21,824 nt of DNA from Octopus sinensis (taxonomy: Eukaryota), in the NCBI RefSeq assembly GCF_006345805.1, contig NW_021836783.1, positions 1 to 21,824 of the forward strand, read 5' to 3'. A model generated the notes under the pieces. That model did no database searches, was not told the DNA's origin, and saw only the letters and a list, made by a program, of their open reading frames with translations. Each line of letters begins with the position of its first letter. Positions within the stretch are counted from its first letter, which is position 1. The translations under genes were made by a program, and so were the position numbers. Positions 20,536 through 21,824 of the stretch are shown in pieces.

Positions 20536-21262
20536 TATGCAAATGTGTGTGTGGTGTGCAAGCTTGCATGTGTTGGTGTGTGCGTGCATTTTTTTATTAC
20601 CTTACATTTTATAACGATGTATGAACAAACTTTTAATTTATGAAAGTCCTATAAACTTTCAGTTCATCTAATATTGTCGCTATATAGGTCAAATGATTTC
20701 TCAATTGGTAGGCAGATGTGTATGTGTAATATAGATATACACACATATTCACAAAACTTGTATGGCTAAATATGAATACTGAAATATATAATATATAATA
20801 GCATAGTTGCCATTGCATAGTTAACAGTTGTCTCTGCAATTTCCCTCAAGTGCCTCTTAACAGACATCTTACATAATTTCAATTATTACACAGCATTCAG
20901 GTTCGTACTGCAATTCAAACCACATCATTCACTAATAGGCCAACCACAATTTTAAGATGTCTTTTAAATATCAAAATCAAATGAGTCACTCTTCAGATTT
21001 ACACTTCACACTTGTAGAAATAGAATTGGAAGGTGATTAAAAGTGCTTGACTTTTGACCTGCTATGTCATGAGTTCATGTGTCACTTCTCAGGTTCTATC
21101 ATCTTTTGTTTGTTTATTTTATTTTGCCTTTCGGCTGTTTTTGTTTTTTTTTTAAAGCTCCAGACTAATGAAAATTAATTGCTGTTTAGCCATTTCATCA
21201 TCTCTGATTGAGTAAGGACAGGATCAGTGACATTCCAGCCTATAACTTTTCCATTTACCCAA

Positions 21263-21689
21263 TACTCTTTTTACTCTTTTACTTGTTTCAGTCATTTGAC
21301 TGCGGCCATGCTGGAGCACCGCCTTTAATCAACAACTCAACAACCCAGGACTTATTCTTTGTAAGCCCAGTACTTATTCTATCAGTCTCTTTTTGCCGAA
21401 CCGCTAAGTGACGGAGACATAAACACACCACATCAGTTGTCAAGCAATGCTAGGGGGACAAACACAGACACACAAACATACACCACACCACACACATATA
21501 TTATAATATATATATACATATATACGACGGGCTTCTTTCAGTTTCCGTCTACCAAATCCACTCACAAGGCTTTGGTCGGCCTGAGGCTATAGCAGAAGAC
21601 ACTTGCCCAAGGTGCTACGCAGTGGTACTGAACCCGGAACCATGTGCTGGTAAGCAAGCTACTTACCACACAGCTACTCCTGCGCCTAT
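21263..21689 (-). mobile_element. Full-length CORE-type tRNA SINE (family C)
   Basis: Colinear with 11449-11870 from head to tail. Confidence 0.9.
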
Positions 21690-21824
21690 GTACGTTTCTT
21701 TCTTTTATGGCATAGATTTGATTTGAGGGTCAACTAACTGAGAGCTATTTTGACTGAGTACAGTGAAATGGAACTATTTCCTGAAAAGTATTAAGACCCA
21801 CCTCATCCCATGTCGTAGTTGTAT

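Overview
AT-rich eukaryotic DNA made almost entirely of repeats. The SINE families, (GAT)n-tailed RTE ends and heavy microsatellite load resemble what I recall from cephalopod (Octopus-like) genomes; this taxon call is inference. Content: a full-length but dead ~3.0 kb Buster/Charlie-type hAT transposon with an intact 8-bp TSD (7634-10644), a rearranged second hAT remnant, mariner and maT-like (DD37D) fragments, a 324-bp non-autonomous Helitron, about ten tRNA-derived SINE copies or fragments (three with TSDs), six RTE-LINE 3' remnants and several foldback/MITE-like structures. One RTE 3' UTR carries a 61-bp internal unit expanded to about 28.5 copies with a 3-mer higher-order period. No host gene, true tRNA, rRNA or CRISPR array can be called with confidence. 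A chain of phase-compatible candidate minus-strand exons, one abutting the hAT TSD, is reported at low confidence. I found no firm evidence of a novel biological system; the best leads are the retroposon-derived satellite and the possible hidden gene.
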